Origin: Sanchytrium tribonematis
Taxonomy: Eukaryota
Assembly: GCA_018985235.1 (NCBI GenBank)
Contig: JADGIG010000022.1
Location: forward strand, 1 to 42,016
DNA: 42,016 bases
Reading direction: 5' to 3'
How positions within the stretch are numbered: the stretch's first letter is position 1; each line of letters opens with the position of its first letter. Both the position numbers and the translations under genes were made by a program. The notes under the pieces were generated by a model. That model ran no database searches. It had not been told where the DNA came from and saw nothing but the letters and a program-made list of their open reading frames with translations. Below are positions 10,958-21,606 of the stretch, piece after piece.

Positions 10958-13900
10958 TTATTTTTGAATCAAAGAATCAATAATTTCATTGATTTCCTTT
11001 TTGCGGCTATCCAAATTAGTTTGAAATAGTCTGCTTAATTCTGTTCGAATATCTTTTTTAGAAACTTGCATCAAATCACTTGTACTTAAAATGCGATGGA
11101 CTTCTTGAATAAGTTCTTGATGGTTTGGAACTTCATCACCCATTTGCTGTGGACTAAAACTTTCATGATAACCCATGTCAACTTGAGATCCGTACATAGA
11201 CTGAGCCATCATTTCTTGATGCTGACGACTAGATATGACAGACCCATCTGGAAATTGGACCGGCTGCATAGGCATTTCTTGATATTGGCTTCCTAGCATC
11301 GAATCAGAGTAATTCATTGGAATGCCACTTGGCATAGGCTGAGACATGTAATCCATAGGTGGAATTTCATATGCAGAAGATCTGTAATCTGACTGTGATA
11401 TGCTGAATCCAGAGTTTCTATTGATTGCTTGCTGCTCCATTCCAGTGTGATGGCTAATTTGAGTTTTTCCTTCTTCGTCTTCCCATAAATCTTTCTCGTA
11501 ATCAGAAAATTTCTTATGTGGAATATGGGAAATGTCAAATAATTCATCATCTTTAGTATGAATTTGCTGCTTACTTCCTTCACCAATAACAATACGAGTA
11601 TTACCCCAACTAAAATCATCAAAATGCCAAAAACTGTAGATTGGAATAAAAAACCCAAATAAAGGCAATGCCAATAAGTAAACAAACATCCACATAATGT
11701 GCTGCCATTGTCTTCTCACAATAAATATAATAACTTGTAAACCATAAATGGCTGACAACATGATCAGAGAAATGATAGGAAACTGTTGAATGGTGGCCGT
11801 ACTGGAAACAAGTCCATAAATAACTTTTCCAATTAGATAGACTAGATACAAAACAGTCGCTGGTTGAATAATGGTACCAAATAAATCCAAAAACACAAAA
11901 AATCTCATTGAAAATATGCAAAAACCACACATATTATTCAAGGTAAGCAATTCGAATAAGTTATGGATTGTTGAATTAATCCATCTTCTTCTCTGTGATA
12001 ACAATACACTCCAAGATTCAGGCACGTGAGTCTCACAAACCGCATCAGGTGTAAATGTTGTTTTCATTTTTGGGAAATTTTTCAACATCAAAGTGGTCAA
12101 ATATCTATCTTCTCCGAGAGCCAACAGATTCTTTTTGTGAAGTGTATCCAGATTGATATCCGAATAAGCATCAACGATACTATCATGAATCAACAATGGC
12201 TGATTTTTGATTGGAGATCTTAACCGATACATACAAAAACAACCAGGCAAGCAAGTCACGGTTCCAAACATTCCTTCAAAAGCTTTGGATAAGTGATGAG
12301 AAATGAAGTATTCATAAGGCTGAATCATAGTTGCCCAACTTGCTTCTTCATTAGCCAATCTAGTTTCACCACAAGTTCCAACAACTGCCTTATCATTCGC
12401 CATAGTAGCAATCAATCTATTTAAAGAAAATGCATTTACGACTGTATCTGCATCCACATAAAACAAAAACTCATAAAAACTTGGATCAACACCAATCACA
12501 TTTTTCATTTGATGATACATTTCTAATTCTAAAGGTGACATTGGATTGTCAAAGAATACACGATTCAAAAATCTCATTAAAACCATTTGACTGTCTCTCT
12601 TACCTCTATTGCCAGGCTTAATCTTCTCATTAGGTTTTCCAACTTTGACAATGACTAAATATGGCACCAAATGACCAGAATGTTCGTAAAGCCCTGAAAA
12701 AACTTTGGCCATATTATGCTGCTTACTTCCTTCACCAACACTTTGGAAAGAGAGAGGCTCTGGATCCAAATTTGGATCAACACCCAAAATGTCAAGGACA
12801 ATTCTTGGCGTTGGTCGATCGTTACCACTACCAATAATCATACCATCACAAACAATGAATAGCAACTTTCGCTTGTCGTCATATTTCAATTCTGCTAAAG
12901 AATCAATCGTGCGCTTAAGACTTTCTTCACCTTCTGTGTAACATGGAACTTGCAAAATGACAAACTTGTCATAATCTTCTGGGTCTCCAGCAGATCTTAG
13001 AGGCAACGCAGCAGCAAATTTTACAGCAATAGTCAAGACTATCAAAGCGGATGCTGCTAATAATAAGGCACTTGTAAAGACACATTTATCTGATTGTCTT
13101 TCGTCCAACTTACCAGCAATAAACAAATTGTTAAAACAATCTCTGAGATCTTCATTCACGGACCATTGATCCATGAATTCAGGATCATTTGCGAAATCAC
13201 TACCTTTGTTCCTGTTAATCATACCTTCGAAATCTTGTAAAAAGTTTTTGCTTCCATCTTTGGTCGTGGCTGACTGAAAATAAACCGTGAAGTCGTAAAT
13301 TCTATCACCTAAAATAACCATATGTCTAGAATCTGTGTCCGCTACTGAGAGATCTCTAACCTGATTTCTTGAAAACCCCAAATGTGCAACAATTCCATAC
13401 GGGTCTTGCATATAAGTTTCTAAATTAGCTTCACCATCACCAATACCATTTTTATCTGCATTGTTGTAAATAGCCTTATGTTTTATTCTGATGGTTGAGC
13501 CTAACGGGTCATTAATTCGAACAAGGTCGAAATCATAATTGGCAAACTTACAAAAACCTCCAGGTGATCTACGGAAACCTTCTGTGACATCCTTTCCTGC
13601 AAATTGATCAACCAGGGCTGTGAACTGATGTAAATCGGGTCTAACTGACTTAAAATACTGTAAGTTGAAGATTGCACCATACACTGCCACTAAAGGGTAA
13701 GAATCATCAGTTTTAAATTGAAGTTCCTCCATGCTAAACATTTTTTGTTCTGGACATATAAGGGGAGCTAGACCAACGATAAAAAATAACGAAACAGCAC
13801 TCATCCAAAAAATAAGAATACATAAAGCCACTTTTTCTCTCCATGCCAGTTTAATGTCTTTACGTTTGGAATCAATGCAAATACAAAAAGAAGGGATCAT

Positions 13901-16324
13901 CCAGGTCAAACAATACACACAACAAAGCCATTTGCGTCTAGTAGAAGTCATTTTTTCTTCTTTCACATCATATTGGCCTGTTTGATTAATGTGGTTATGT
14001 ACTTCCAAACCTTTCATATCGTCTGCTCCTTGGTCACCACCGAGGTCTTGAAATTGATCTGTAAGTGCCATAGTAGATCCACGGTCGTCAATGCTTTCTT
14101 CTTCTTCGACTTCTACGAATGAGCGGTGAGCGTCAAAACTTAATTCAGATCGTTCGTCTTCTCCACCTCTAGATGAGCTAGTGCTTCTGCGTTTAGATGT
14201 CTCTTGACTTCTAATCTGGTCCTCAAAATATCTCCAACCAGCTTCGGTACAGTGAACAAATTCGTGGCCAATGAAAATTTGAGTTTGAAGCCAATCAAAA
14301 CCGTTAATGTAATTTTGAATACTTTCTCGTGCGCTACCTTGGGGCATCACGAATTCAGAATACTTATTAGCAAAATCATCAATGGAAATCTGAACCGTAA
14401 ATGGTGCCCTTGCTACCTGCTCTTGCTGAATCAAATCTGCAATTTTGAAAGATTTGACTTGATTTAATACACGTCGATCTTCGAAAAATTCAGCTTTGGG
14501 CTCATCAGACGGAGCAATACAAAAAATATACCAAGGAGACGTAGTTTCTAGTGTCTCAATAACATCTTCAAGTGATCCTAATAATTCAGATAACACAGTT
14601 GGATCAGCAGCTTTCTTTACACTTGGAGCTCTCTTTCGGCGAACGCTAGGCGTACGTACTGGCTTACTACCACCAAATCCACCAACAACAGTTTTTTCAT
14701 TTCGAGGATGAAATTTCACAGAAACTAATTTGTCCTGAAATAGATCGCTAACAAATGAACTTGGATTATTCTTGAAAAGTGAGATAAAGTCGGCAGATAT
14801 TGTTTCCAAATTCTTTTGGACAAACTCATTTGCTTCGTACACTACAGAACCACAATAATGGTCTACACCGAATGTGTTGGCTGTTTGAGTGGTAATATAG
14901 CCAGTCGTTTTAGTGTGATTTTTATGAATCAAATCAATCAAGTCATGAACAGTTTTGTTTGGATGATTTCTGCGAGTCTCTTGATTAACCAAGTGCAAAA
15001 TTCCATTTTCTTCATTGTTTAGCAAGCTCAATACTAATTGATTGTTGGATGTCAAATTTTTGATGTCTATAGGAAATCCATCTTGTTTCAATCTTTCATA
15101 ACGTTCCATTAAAGTTTTCCAGACAAAGTGTACTATGTTTTCATTGGTTGAATTTACGCAAAAATCGTAAAATTTTGATAGTTTCTTCTCTTTATGACCT
15201 GAAAAATTAAGAATCGCGATAATATTTGTAAATTCAGTCTTGCACAATCTATGGTTAATGGCTTCAACAATCCATGTGAACAAGAGACCGTACAAGGTTT
15301 TAGATAATGATTTAAGTTGAATTTTAGCGTCTTCCGCATTCAAAAATTTGGTGTAAACATCTCGACCGGAGAGTGCACTGGATGTCGTAAGTCCTTCAAG
15401 CAGGTCTTGAGAAGTGATCTCTAACAAGTCTGCAACAATATCTAATACATCAGTATTTTTGACTCGACATTGCTGATCTGCATGGTCCTTGGAATCTTCG
15501 AATTCGATCCTTGACAAGTGTAGAATTGAGGCAAGAAGTTGCCAAATTTTCATCTGAGTTTTCTTACCCATCCCGATAGATTTCATAGATGCTTGAAGAT
15601 CTTCAAATCTTACTTCATCGTTCCACTTTGGAATTGTGATTTGTCCTTGAGCTAAAATAGGGAAATGGTCGGGTGCTAATAAGTGGCACTTCTCTCGTAT
15701 TTCAGAGTCGGCCCCATTAAGTAAGTAATAAAACGCATGAAAGTTTCTTTCAGATGGCCCGAATGTTACCAATCTATCTTTGTCAAGCAAATAATCCAAT
15801 ACCTTCATTCCAATCATTTTGCCTCGTTCATTAAATTGGACCTCGGAAAAGAGGCCGTATCTAGAGCTGTCAACATCATCTTCAGTTTTAGCATTTCCAA
15901 ATGCCTCTAATACGGAAATGGCGGCCATCACTCTATTATGTGTCTTTTGGTCTTTCTTGGAATTCCCAGAAATAGCACAAATCTGTCTCAACACAGCATT
16001 GAGGTGCAGGGATTGACCAGCACCACTATCCCCAGAAAGTATGATTGATTGATCTTGCTTCAGTCGTCTTAAATGTAAATAGGCATTTGTAGCAATCGCA
16101 TAAACGTGAGGTTCAACTTTTGCCTCAATGTCCTTGTAGTTCTTAAAGTATTTCTTTTGAATCTTTTCATTAAATAGAGCATCTACATATTTGTGAGGAT
16201 GTAAGGCAACAATCAATGGACCCAGTTCAGTAAATATGTCGTCCTGGAAAAATCTTTGTTTCAATACATCCACAACATCTGCAGCCGGAACCTGCGTTAA
16301 ATTTCTCGGAGTAACGGAAGACAT
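10958..16324 (-). CDS. Chitin synthase with N-terminal myosin motor-like domain, cytochrome b5-like domain and C-terminal DEK-C domain (class V/VII type)
   Basis: Myosin motifs EPHVYAIA, LEAFGNAKT, ERNFHAFYYLL; WREKVALC; PCYTEG, GNRGKRDSQ, VDADT, TCLPGCF, LGEDRYLT, SQRRRW, FSWGNTR. Intronless; first ATG at 16324. Confidence 0.95.
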   Translation of the reverse strand: MSSVTPRNLTQVPAADVVDVLKQRFFQDDIFTELGPLIVALHPHKYVDALFNEKIQKKYFKNYKDIEAKVEPHVYAIATNAYLHLRRLKQDQSIILSGDSGAGQSLHLNAVLRQICAISGNSKKDQKTHNRVMAAISVLEAFGNAKTEDDVDSSRYGLFSEVQFNERGKMIGMKVLDYLLDKDRLVTFGPSERNFHAFYYLLNGADSEIREKCHLLAPDHFPILAQGQITIPKWNDEVRFEDLQASMKSIGMGKKTQMKIWQLLASILHLSRIEFEDSKDHADQQCRVKNTDVLDIVADLLEITSQDLLEGLTTSSALSGRDVYTKFLNAEDAKIQLKSLSKTLYGLLFTWIVEAINHRLCKTEFTNIIAILNFSGHKEKKLSKFYDFCVNSTNENIVHFVWKTLMERYERLKQDGFPIDIKNLTSNNQLVLSLLNNEENGILHLVNQETRRNHPNKTVHDLIDLIHKNHTKTTGYITTQTANTFGVDHYCGSVVYEANEFVQKNLETISADFISLFKNNPSSFVSDLFQDKLVSVKFHPRNEKTVVGGFGGSKPVRTPSVRRKRAPSVKKAADPTVLSELLGSLEDVIETLETTSPWYIFCIAPSDEPKAEFFEDRRVLNQVKSFKIADLIQQEQVARAPFTVQISIDDFANKYSEFVMPQGSARESIQNYINGFDWLQTQIFIGHEFVHCTEAGWRYFEDQIRSQETSKRRSTSSSRGGEDERSELSFDAHRSFVEVEEEESIDDRGSTMALTDQFQDLGGDQGADDMKGLEVHNHINQTGQYDVKEEKMTSTRRKWLCCVYCLTWMIPSFCICIDSKRKDIKLAWREKVALCILIFWMSAVSLFFIVGLAPLICPEQKMFSMEELQFKTDDSYPLVAVYGAIFNLQYFKSVRPDLHQFTALVDQFAGKDVTEGFRRSPGGFCKFANYDFDLVRINDPLGSTIRIKHKAIYNNADKNGIGDGEANLETYMQDPYGIVAHLGFSRNQVRDLSVADTDSRHMVILGDRIYDFTVYFQSATTKDGSKNFLQDFEGMINRNKGSDFANDPEFMDQWSVNEDLRDCFNNLFIAGKLDERQSDKCVFTSALLLAASALIVLTIAVKFAAALPLRSAGDPEDYDKFVILQVPCYTEGEESLKRTIDSLAELKYDDKRKLLFIVCDGMIIGSGNDRPTPRIVLDILGVDPNLDPEPLSFQSVGEGSKQHNMAKVFSGLYEHSGHLVPYLVIVKVGKPNEKIKPGNRGKRDSQMVLMRFLNRVFFDNPMSPLELEMYHQMKNVIGVDPSFYEFLFYVDADTVVNAFSLNRLIATMANDKAVVGTCGETRLANEEASWATMIQPYEYFISHHLSKAFEGMFGTVTCLPGCFCMYRLRSPIKNQPLLIHDSIVDAYSDINLDTLHKKNLLALGEDRYLTTLMLKNFPKMKTTFTPDAVCETHVPESWSVLLSQRRRWINSTIHNLFELLTLNNMCGFCIFSMRFFVFLDLFGTIIQPATVLYLVYLIGKVIYGLVSSTATIQQFPIISLIMLSAIYGLQVIIFIVRRQWQHIMWMFVYLLALPLFGFFIPIYSFWHFDDFSWGNTRIVIGEGSKQQIHTKDDELFDISHIPHKKFSDYEKDLWEDEEGKTQISHHTGMEQQAINRNSGFSISQSDYRSSAYEIPPMDYMSQPMPSGIPMNYSDSMLGSQYQEMPMQPVQFPDGSVISSRQHQEMMAQSMYGSQVDMGYHESFSPQQMGDEVPNHQELIQEVHRILSTSDLMQVSKKDIRTELSRLFQTNLDSRKKEINEIIDSLIQK

Positions 16325-16686
16325 GTCAAGTTCTTGCAATAGCTGAGGCTTTTATTAAAAATTGGATTAAAATCTGGCCAATAATGTGGCCCAATCAAAC
16401 TTGGTAATTGACTTAGATGATTTGTGGTTCTATATTTACAAGCCTATGCTGAAGTTCAATTTGATTCATATAATGTGAGATGATAAAATATTGTATCACC
16501 TTTTCTATCCTTATAAGCAATTCTATGCTGACTTCCATATCCAATTGACATTTATAGATTTCTGCTTATTGATAGAGACAGAGCATGTTGCATAAATAAA
16601 ATTTTGATGGAGCTCGACTTCATGACAAACCCTTGAGCTATGTACTATTTTATCTATAAATCCATATCATCTCCTTCATTTATACT

Positions 16687-16758
16687 AGCGAGGTGGAACA
16701 GTGGAAGTTCGCCAGGCTCATAACCTGGAAGTCGGTTGATCGAAACAACCCCTCGCTA
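16687..16758 (+). tRNA. Initiator tRNA-Met (CAT)
   Basis: Cloverleaf: acceptor AGCGAGG/CCTCGCT (A1-U72), anticodon arm CCAGG-CTCATAA-CCTGG, T arm GGTTG-ATCGAAA-CAACC (eukaryotic initiator T-loop); 72 nt. Confidence 0.95.
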
Positions 16759-16761
16759 TTA

Positions 16762-16768
16762 TTTTTTT
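16762..16768 (+). terminator. RNA polymerase III oligo-T terminator
   Basis: T7 run immediately downstream of the tRNA. Confidence 0.8.
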
Positions 16769-16798
16769 CTACTCATCTGTCACGTCTACTTTTGAAAC

Positions 16799-19700
16799 AT
16801 GTCATTCAGTGAACATGATGAAGTTATTCAAGGTAGACTGCGTCTTCAACGAGGTCTACAACTTGAAGAGCCTGTGGAACTTAATATTGGATTGAATGAA
16901 AAGAATTGGATGGACATGAATAGAAAACAGATCAAGGCATACGAATATTTGTGTCACATAGGGGAGGCAAAACAATGGATTGAAGCTTGTTCTGATCAAG
17001 AGCTTGGAGCAGTTGTTGATTTAGATGAGCAAATGAGAAATGGAGTTGTGCTCGCTAAGTTAGCTAAAAAATTCAAACCTGATATTGTTAAGAGAATATT
17101 TGGAGAGGATGTTAAATTACAATTTAGACATTCAGACAACATCAATTATTTTTTTGCATTCTGTAAAGCGATAGAATTGCCTGATGTTTTTGTATTTGAA
17201 TTAACTGATTTGTATGATAAGAAAAATATTCCAAAAGTTATTTACAATATCCATGCCTTGGCTCATTTATTGAGCTCCAAAGGACTAGCTCCTAGAATTA
17301 AAGACTTGCGTGGTAAATTAGAATTTACAAATGAAGAGTTGGAGAACACTCAAAAACAAATTGAAGAGATGAATCTTCCAGATTTTAATAATGCTGGTGC
17401 AGCTTTAGCTAAGGAAATGAAAATGAATCCATTCGAAACCATAGAACAGCACTTCAATGATAATAGTGATGACTTGGCTTTAATCCAAAGAATCTTTTTG
17501 GGAGCATTAGTGAGATCTCGATTCAGAAAACAAAAAGCTTTCTACAACAGTCAAATTGATCTTATTTTGGCAATACAATCCCATTATCGAGGACTGGTCG
17601 TTCGAAATAACTTTAAAAAAATCCGGGCTCATTTGGCAAATAACAAAGTTAATATTATATTTTTGCAAGCCACAATCCGTGGCCATATAGAGCGACAAAG
17701 ATTTTTACTGGTTAGAAAAAAAATTAAAGAATTTTTATCAACGTATGTCAAATTTCAGGCAAGAGTCAAGGGATTTCTCAGTCGCAGGAATTTTATTGGC
17801 CAATCTAGTTTTTACAAGGCCAAAGAGCGCGACATTGTTAAGATACAATCTAAGTATAAGGCCCATTATGTTCAGGGTCTTTTTAAGAAGCTTCACTCCA
17901 AAAATCCGAATTTTCAATCGATTCAGAAGTTTGGGCAATTCTTAGGAAACCATGAAATAGATTATCAAGAAGAAATGGATATGACAGAGAAAAGACAGGA
18001 CGTTATTAAAAACATTCGGGATATTGCCCAATTGGAACAGCTTATTACTGAATTGGATTTGAAAGTTGCTTTAATTGTGAAAAATAGAATATCTCTGGAG
18101 GACATAACGAAATTATCCGGAAAAGTCAAAAATTCAGGTAGCAATGGAGAATCAGCTAACGACAAGTCTAGTTTTACGATATTTAAAAGCTCTGATAAGG
18201 AATCCCGAAAGAAACAAGAATTGTATCAAAATCTGATGTACCTACTTCAAACCAATCCGTTATACTTGAGTAAACTTGTTTTGGAAATGCGACAAATGAC
18301 AAGCGAAACTGTCAAGAAGTTTATTGAGCAAGCCGTGCTTACAATTTATGGATACGCTCAAAATCCTAGGGAGGAATACCTTCTTCTCAGACTTTTTAAT
18401 TTGACTATCCATCAGGAGATAAATGACGTAAACGAACTGAGTGATTTTATCCGAAGTAATCCTCAATTTGTTAGATTGGTGGTCAATTATATTCGTGGTG
18501 CTAAGGATAGACAATTTTTGCAAACCGTCTTAAAATCACCGATTGAAGAGGTCTTTAATATTGATAACGATCTTGATTCAGATCCAATTAGCATCTATAA
18601 GAAAATTGTAACTAGAGAAGAGACAGAAACTGGACAAAAGTCTGCCAAAAAATTGGACATAACAAGAGAAGAGGCTCTACAGGATCCGCAAACCAGATCA
18701 GAATACGATGGAATGATGAGAAATATTCAATCGTTAGCAGATTTGTTTCTAGATAAAATTATATCATCCATACATAGAATGCCTTATGGTATTCGCTACA
18801 TCGCAAAAGAGGTAAAAAATGCTTTACAAACTAAATTTCCGAATGAAGATAAGATTAACATTCAAAGAATTATTGGAAATTTAATCTTTTTTAGATACAT
18901 AAATCCAGCAGTGGTAGCTCCAGAAGCTTTTGACGTAATTCCTAGCGACAAAACATTAAGCATGTCTCAGCGTAAAAATTTGTCTGAAATTTCAAAAGTT
19001 TTGAATCAGGTAAGTGTTGGTAAAATTAACGACAAGGACACTGAAGTTGCCACCAGTTACATTTCTCGGTGCTCTGCAAGATTTCTTAAATTCTTAGACG
19101 ACGTAACCAATGTAGTAGAACTTGAGGAAGCATTTCAAATTGATCACTATTCTGATTTTGCAAGAACAAAAAAACCTATTCTTTTCATTTCTCCAACTGA
19201 AATTGTTGGATTGCATAAACTTTTGATTGAATACAAACCCGCCTCTGAGGATTTCATAAACCATATTCTGAATGAACTTGGACCTGTGGAAGACGACTTA
19301 GATTCAATTTTGGCTAAAAAAACTAAAGAAATTTCCTTCACTTTGAACAGTAATCTTATTCCGCAGAGTGATGAGAGCGAGGAAATTGAATTAAAACAAT
19401 TATTTACCGAAACCAAGAGGCTCATTACTATTGTCATGAAAGTTCAAAGAGGAAAAAATTTAATTGACCTTTTAGAAAAACCTGTTAAGGATGAAGAAGA
19501 AAGAGCATATCAGTCCACTAAAAGTCATCACAGTTTAAACAATGTGCGCGACAAACCTATTCAATCCTTAATTAGTCTTTCAAATGTAAGGAAAGAAATT
19601 GTGGACAGTGTAGCAAGTAAGACTCAAATATCAGATATGTCTCTTACAGACATGAAAAAGCTTATTCAATTGAATTTAGTATTGCTTGAAGAAAAAGGGA

Positions 19701-20336
19701 AAACGAGCAAAAAAAGTGGTTATTCAGAGATTGTCGCATCCGTTGCCAAGGTACAAATTTTTAATTTAGGATATTGTCGAAAAAAATAAAAAAAGAGATC
19801 AACGTAAACAAGATTATTTGAAGTTAACCGAGACTATTGAACATTTAAAATCTAAATTGACTTATTTGGAATCTCAAAGGGACCAATACAAGACATATAT
19901 AGACAGTTGTTTAAATAGCATGCAAAATAAGAACAAGTCGAAAAAACAACCACTGCCTCTTACGAAACAATATTATCATCAGAAAAAAGTTCAGAAAGAA
20001 AGTGGAAGATTGCCACAATTTGGTTCTTACAAGTATACTGCTAGACAGCTGCAAGAAAAAGGTGTCCTTATTTCTATTGATCATCCCGAAGTATCGGTTA
20101 AACAATATGACAAGATCGATATCACTATATCCTCAGATGAAGCTGGTGTCTTTGATGTTTCAGTGTCTTATTCTCCAGTTAAGGGTCTAGTTGTTGTTCA
20201 AGAGAAAGAGCAAGTAAGATTGGACGACCTTTTGCAAAACCAATTCGAGGGCCAAACTGTTGTCGAGCTATTCGATATGGCGAAATGTAATATTAATCTA
20301 TTGATCCATTTGATTAACAAAAAGTTTTATGCATAA
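16799..20336 (+). CDS. IQG1: IQGAP (CH domain, IQ repeats, RasGAP-related domain, RasGAP_C; 1172 aa, one intron)
   Basis: AYEYLCHIGEAKQWIE, LQFRHSDNIN, DLYDKKNIPKVIY, IQ motifs, YGIRY, FFRYINPAVVAPE, FGSYKYTARQLQEKGVL, NINLLIHLINKKFY. Confidence 0.95.
19751..19769 (+). other. 19-nt spliceosomal intron
   Basis: gtacaaatttttaatttag; phase 0, gives VAK|DIVEKNKKRDQR in frame with the downstream ORF. Confidence 0.95.
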
Positions 20337-20346
20337 ATAATGTTTC

Positions 20347-21576
20347 TTATTTACTCTTCTTTTTCTTTTTCTTCTTTTTCGTTTTGGTCTCCCTATCACT
20401 CATGTCTGAATAATTATACTCATTTTGCGGTCTAACTTGGACTTGTTGCATCTGATATTGCATTTGTTGCATTTGCATTTGTTGTTGAGCCTCTACTTGC
20501 CTCCTATACTCCAACTGCTCGTATTGCTGCTTGTATTGCATGAGTTCTTGCTCCCTGATTTTCATTTCCTCGATTTCTCTCTGTCTTTGGGCTAATTCCA
20601 GACGTTGTTGATCACGCTCAAAATCCATACTGAAGTTTCGACCACTTCCAGCACCTCTTTCAACCAATTGAGCAACGCCTGATTGTGAACGCCCTGTTAG
20701 TTGATATTTCATTTGCTTTTTCTGTTGTTCTCTTTGCTCAAGAACGCCAACTAAACCAGGGTTTGATTTTCTATTTTGCTGTGTCATCGCCTGAGTGTTA
20801 ATAAAAGGACCAGTCTGAAATTGTTGAGGATATTGATTCGGCATTTGTTGTTGTTGTTGATAAGGGTTGTACAAGTTGGGATTACTAAAAGGCATGGGAG
20901 AGACATTGTTGACAGGAAAACCTGTCATTGACTGCGGATATTGATAAGGATTAGGACTTGGTGCCATACTAGGTGCAAAAGGCCTGTTTTGCAACGGAGC
21001 ATTTGAATATACTTGAGAGCCTTTGTAAGCGACAGGCTCATCATCGGAAGAAACTTGGTTGCCTTTCTGGACAGGTAAAGAGTCAAAACTTCCCGAACTT
21101 GTGGATGAAGATGAAGACGATGATTCACTTGAACTACTTTCAGACGAAAGGTTAGCATCGCTGGAGCTGTCACTCGAAGACTCGCTGCTACTAGAATCCT
21201 TCTTTAATTTACCGGATCCTTTATTAGGATCCATCTGATTAATATTAATTAGCACTTTTTCGGTGGTTTTTGGGGATTTGTTTTTCACAGGAGCGCTTGA
21301 TTCACTTGAAGAGGAAGAGCTTGAGGATGAGGAACTTGAATCGCTTGAAGATTCTGAGTTGCTTTCGGAGTCTGAAGAGCTTGAGCTTTCTGAGCTACTT
21401 TCAACTTTTGCTTTAGGTTGTTTTGCCGGAATTTGTTTGGGGACCATTTTTTTAGCAGCAATAGGTTGTTCTTCGACTTCATCAAGGCTAATTATGGAGG
21501 AATCTTTAGATAAGCTAGATTTTGAATCTGTGTCTGACTCCAACTCAGAACCAGAAGATAGTTGTTGCCGATTCAT
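20347..21576 (-). CDS. Intrinsically disordered protein: Ser/acidic tracts, P/Q/N/Y-rich middle, Q-rich coiled coil, poly-Lys C-terminus
   Basis: 409-aa ATG ORF with strongly patterned composition; no family recognised. Confidence 0.7.
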   Translation of the reverse strand: MNRQQLSSGSELESDTDSKSSLSKDSSIISLDEVEEQPIAAKKMVPKQIPAKQPKAKVESSSESSSSSDSESNSESSSDSSSSSSSSSSSSESSAPVKNKSPKTTEKVLININQMDPNKGSGKLKKDSSSSESSSDSSSDANLSSESSSSESSSSSSSTSSGSFDSLPVQKGNQVSSDDEPVAYKGSQVYSNAPLQNRPFAPSMAPSPNPYQYPQSMTGFPVNNVSPMPFSNPNLYNPYQQQQQMPNQYPQQFQTGPFINTQAMTQQNRKSNPGLVGVLEQREQQKKQMKYQLTGRSQSGVAQLVERGAGSGRNFSMDFERDQQRLELAQRQREIEEMKIREQELMQYKQQYEQLEYRRQVEAQQQMQMQQMQYQMQQVQVRPQNEYNYSDMSDRETKTKKKKKKKKSK

Positions 21577-21606
21577 AAACTCTTCAAGGAGAAATTTGAA
21601 AACAAT

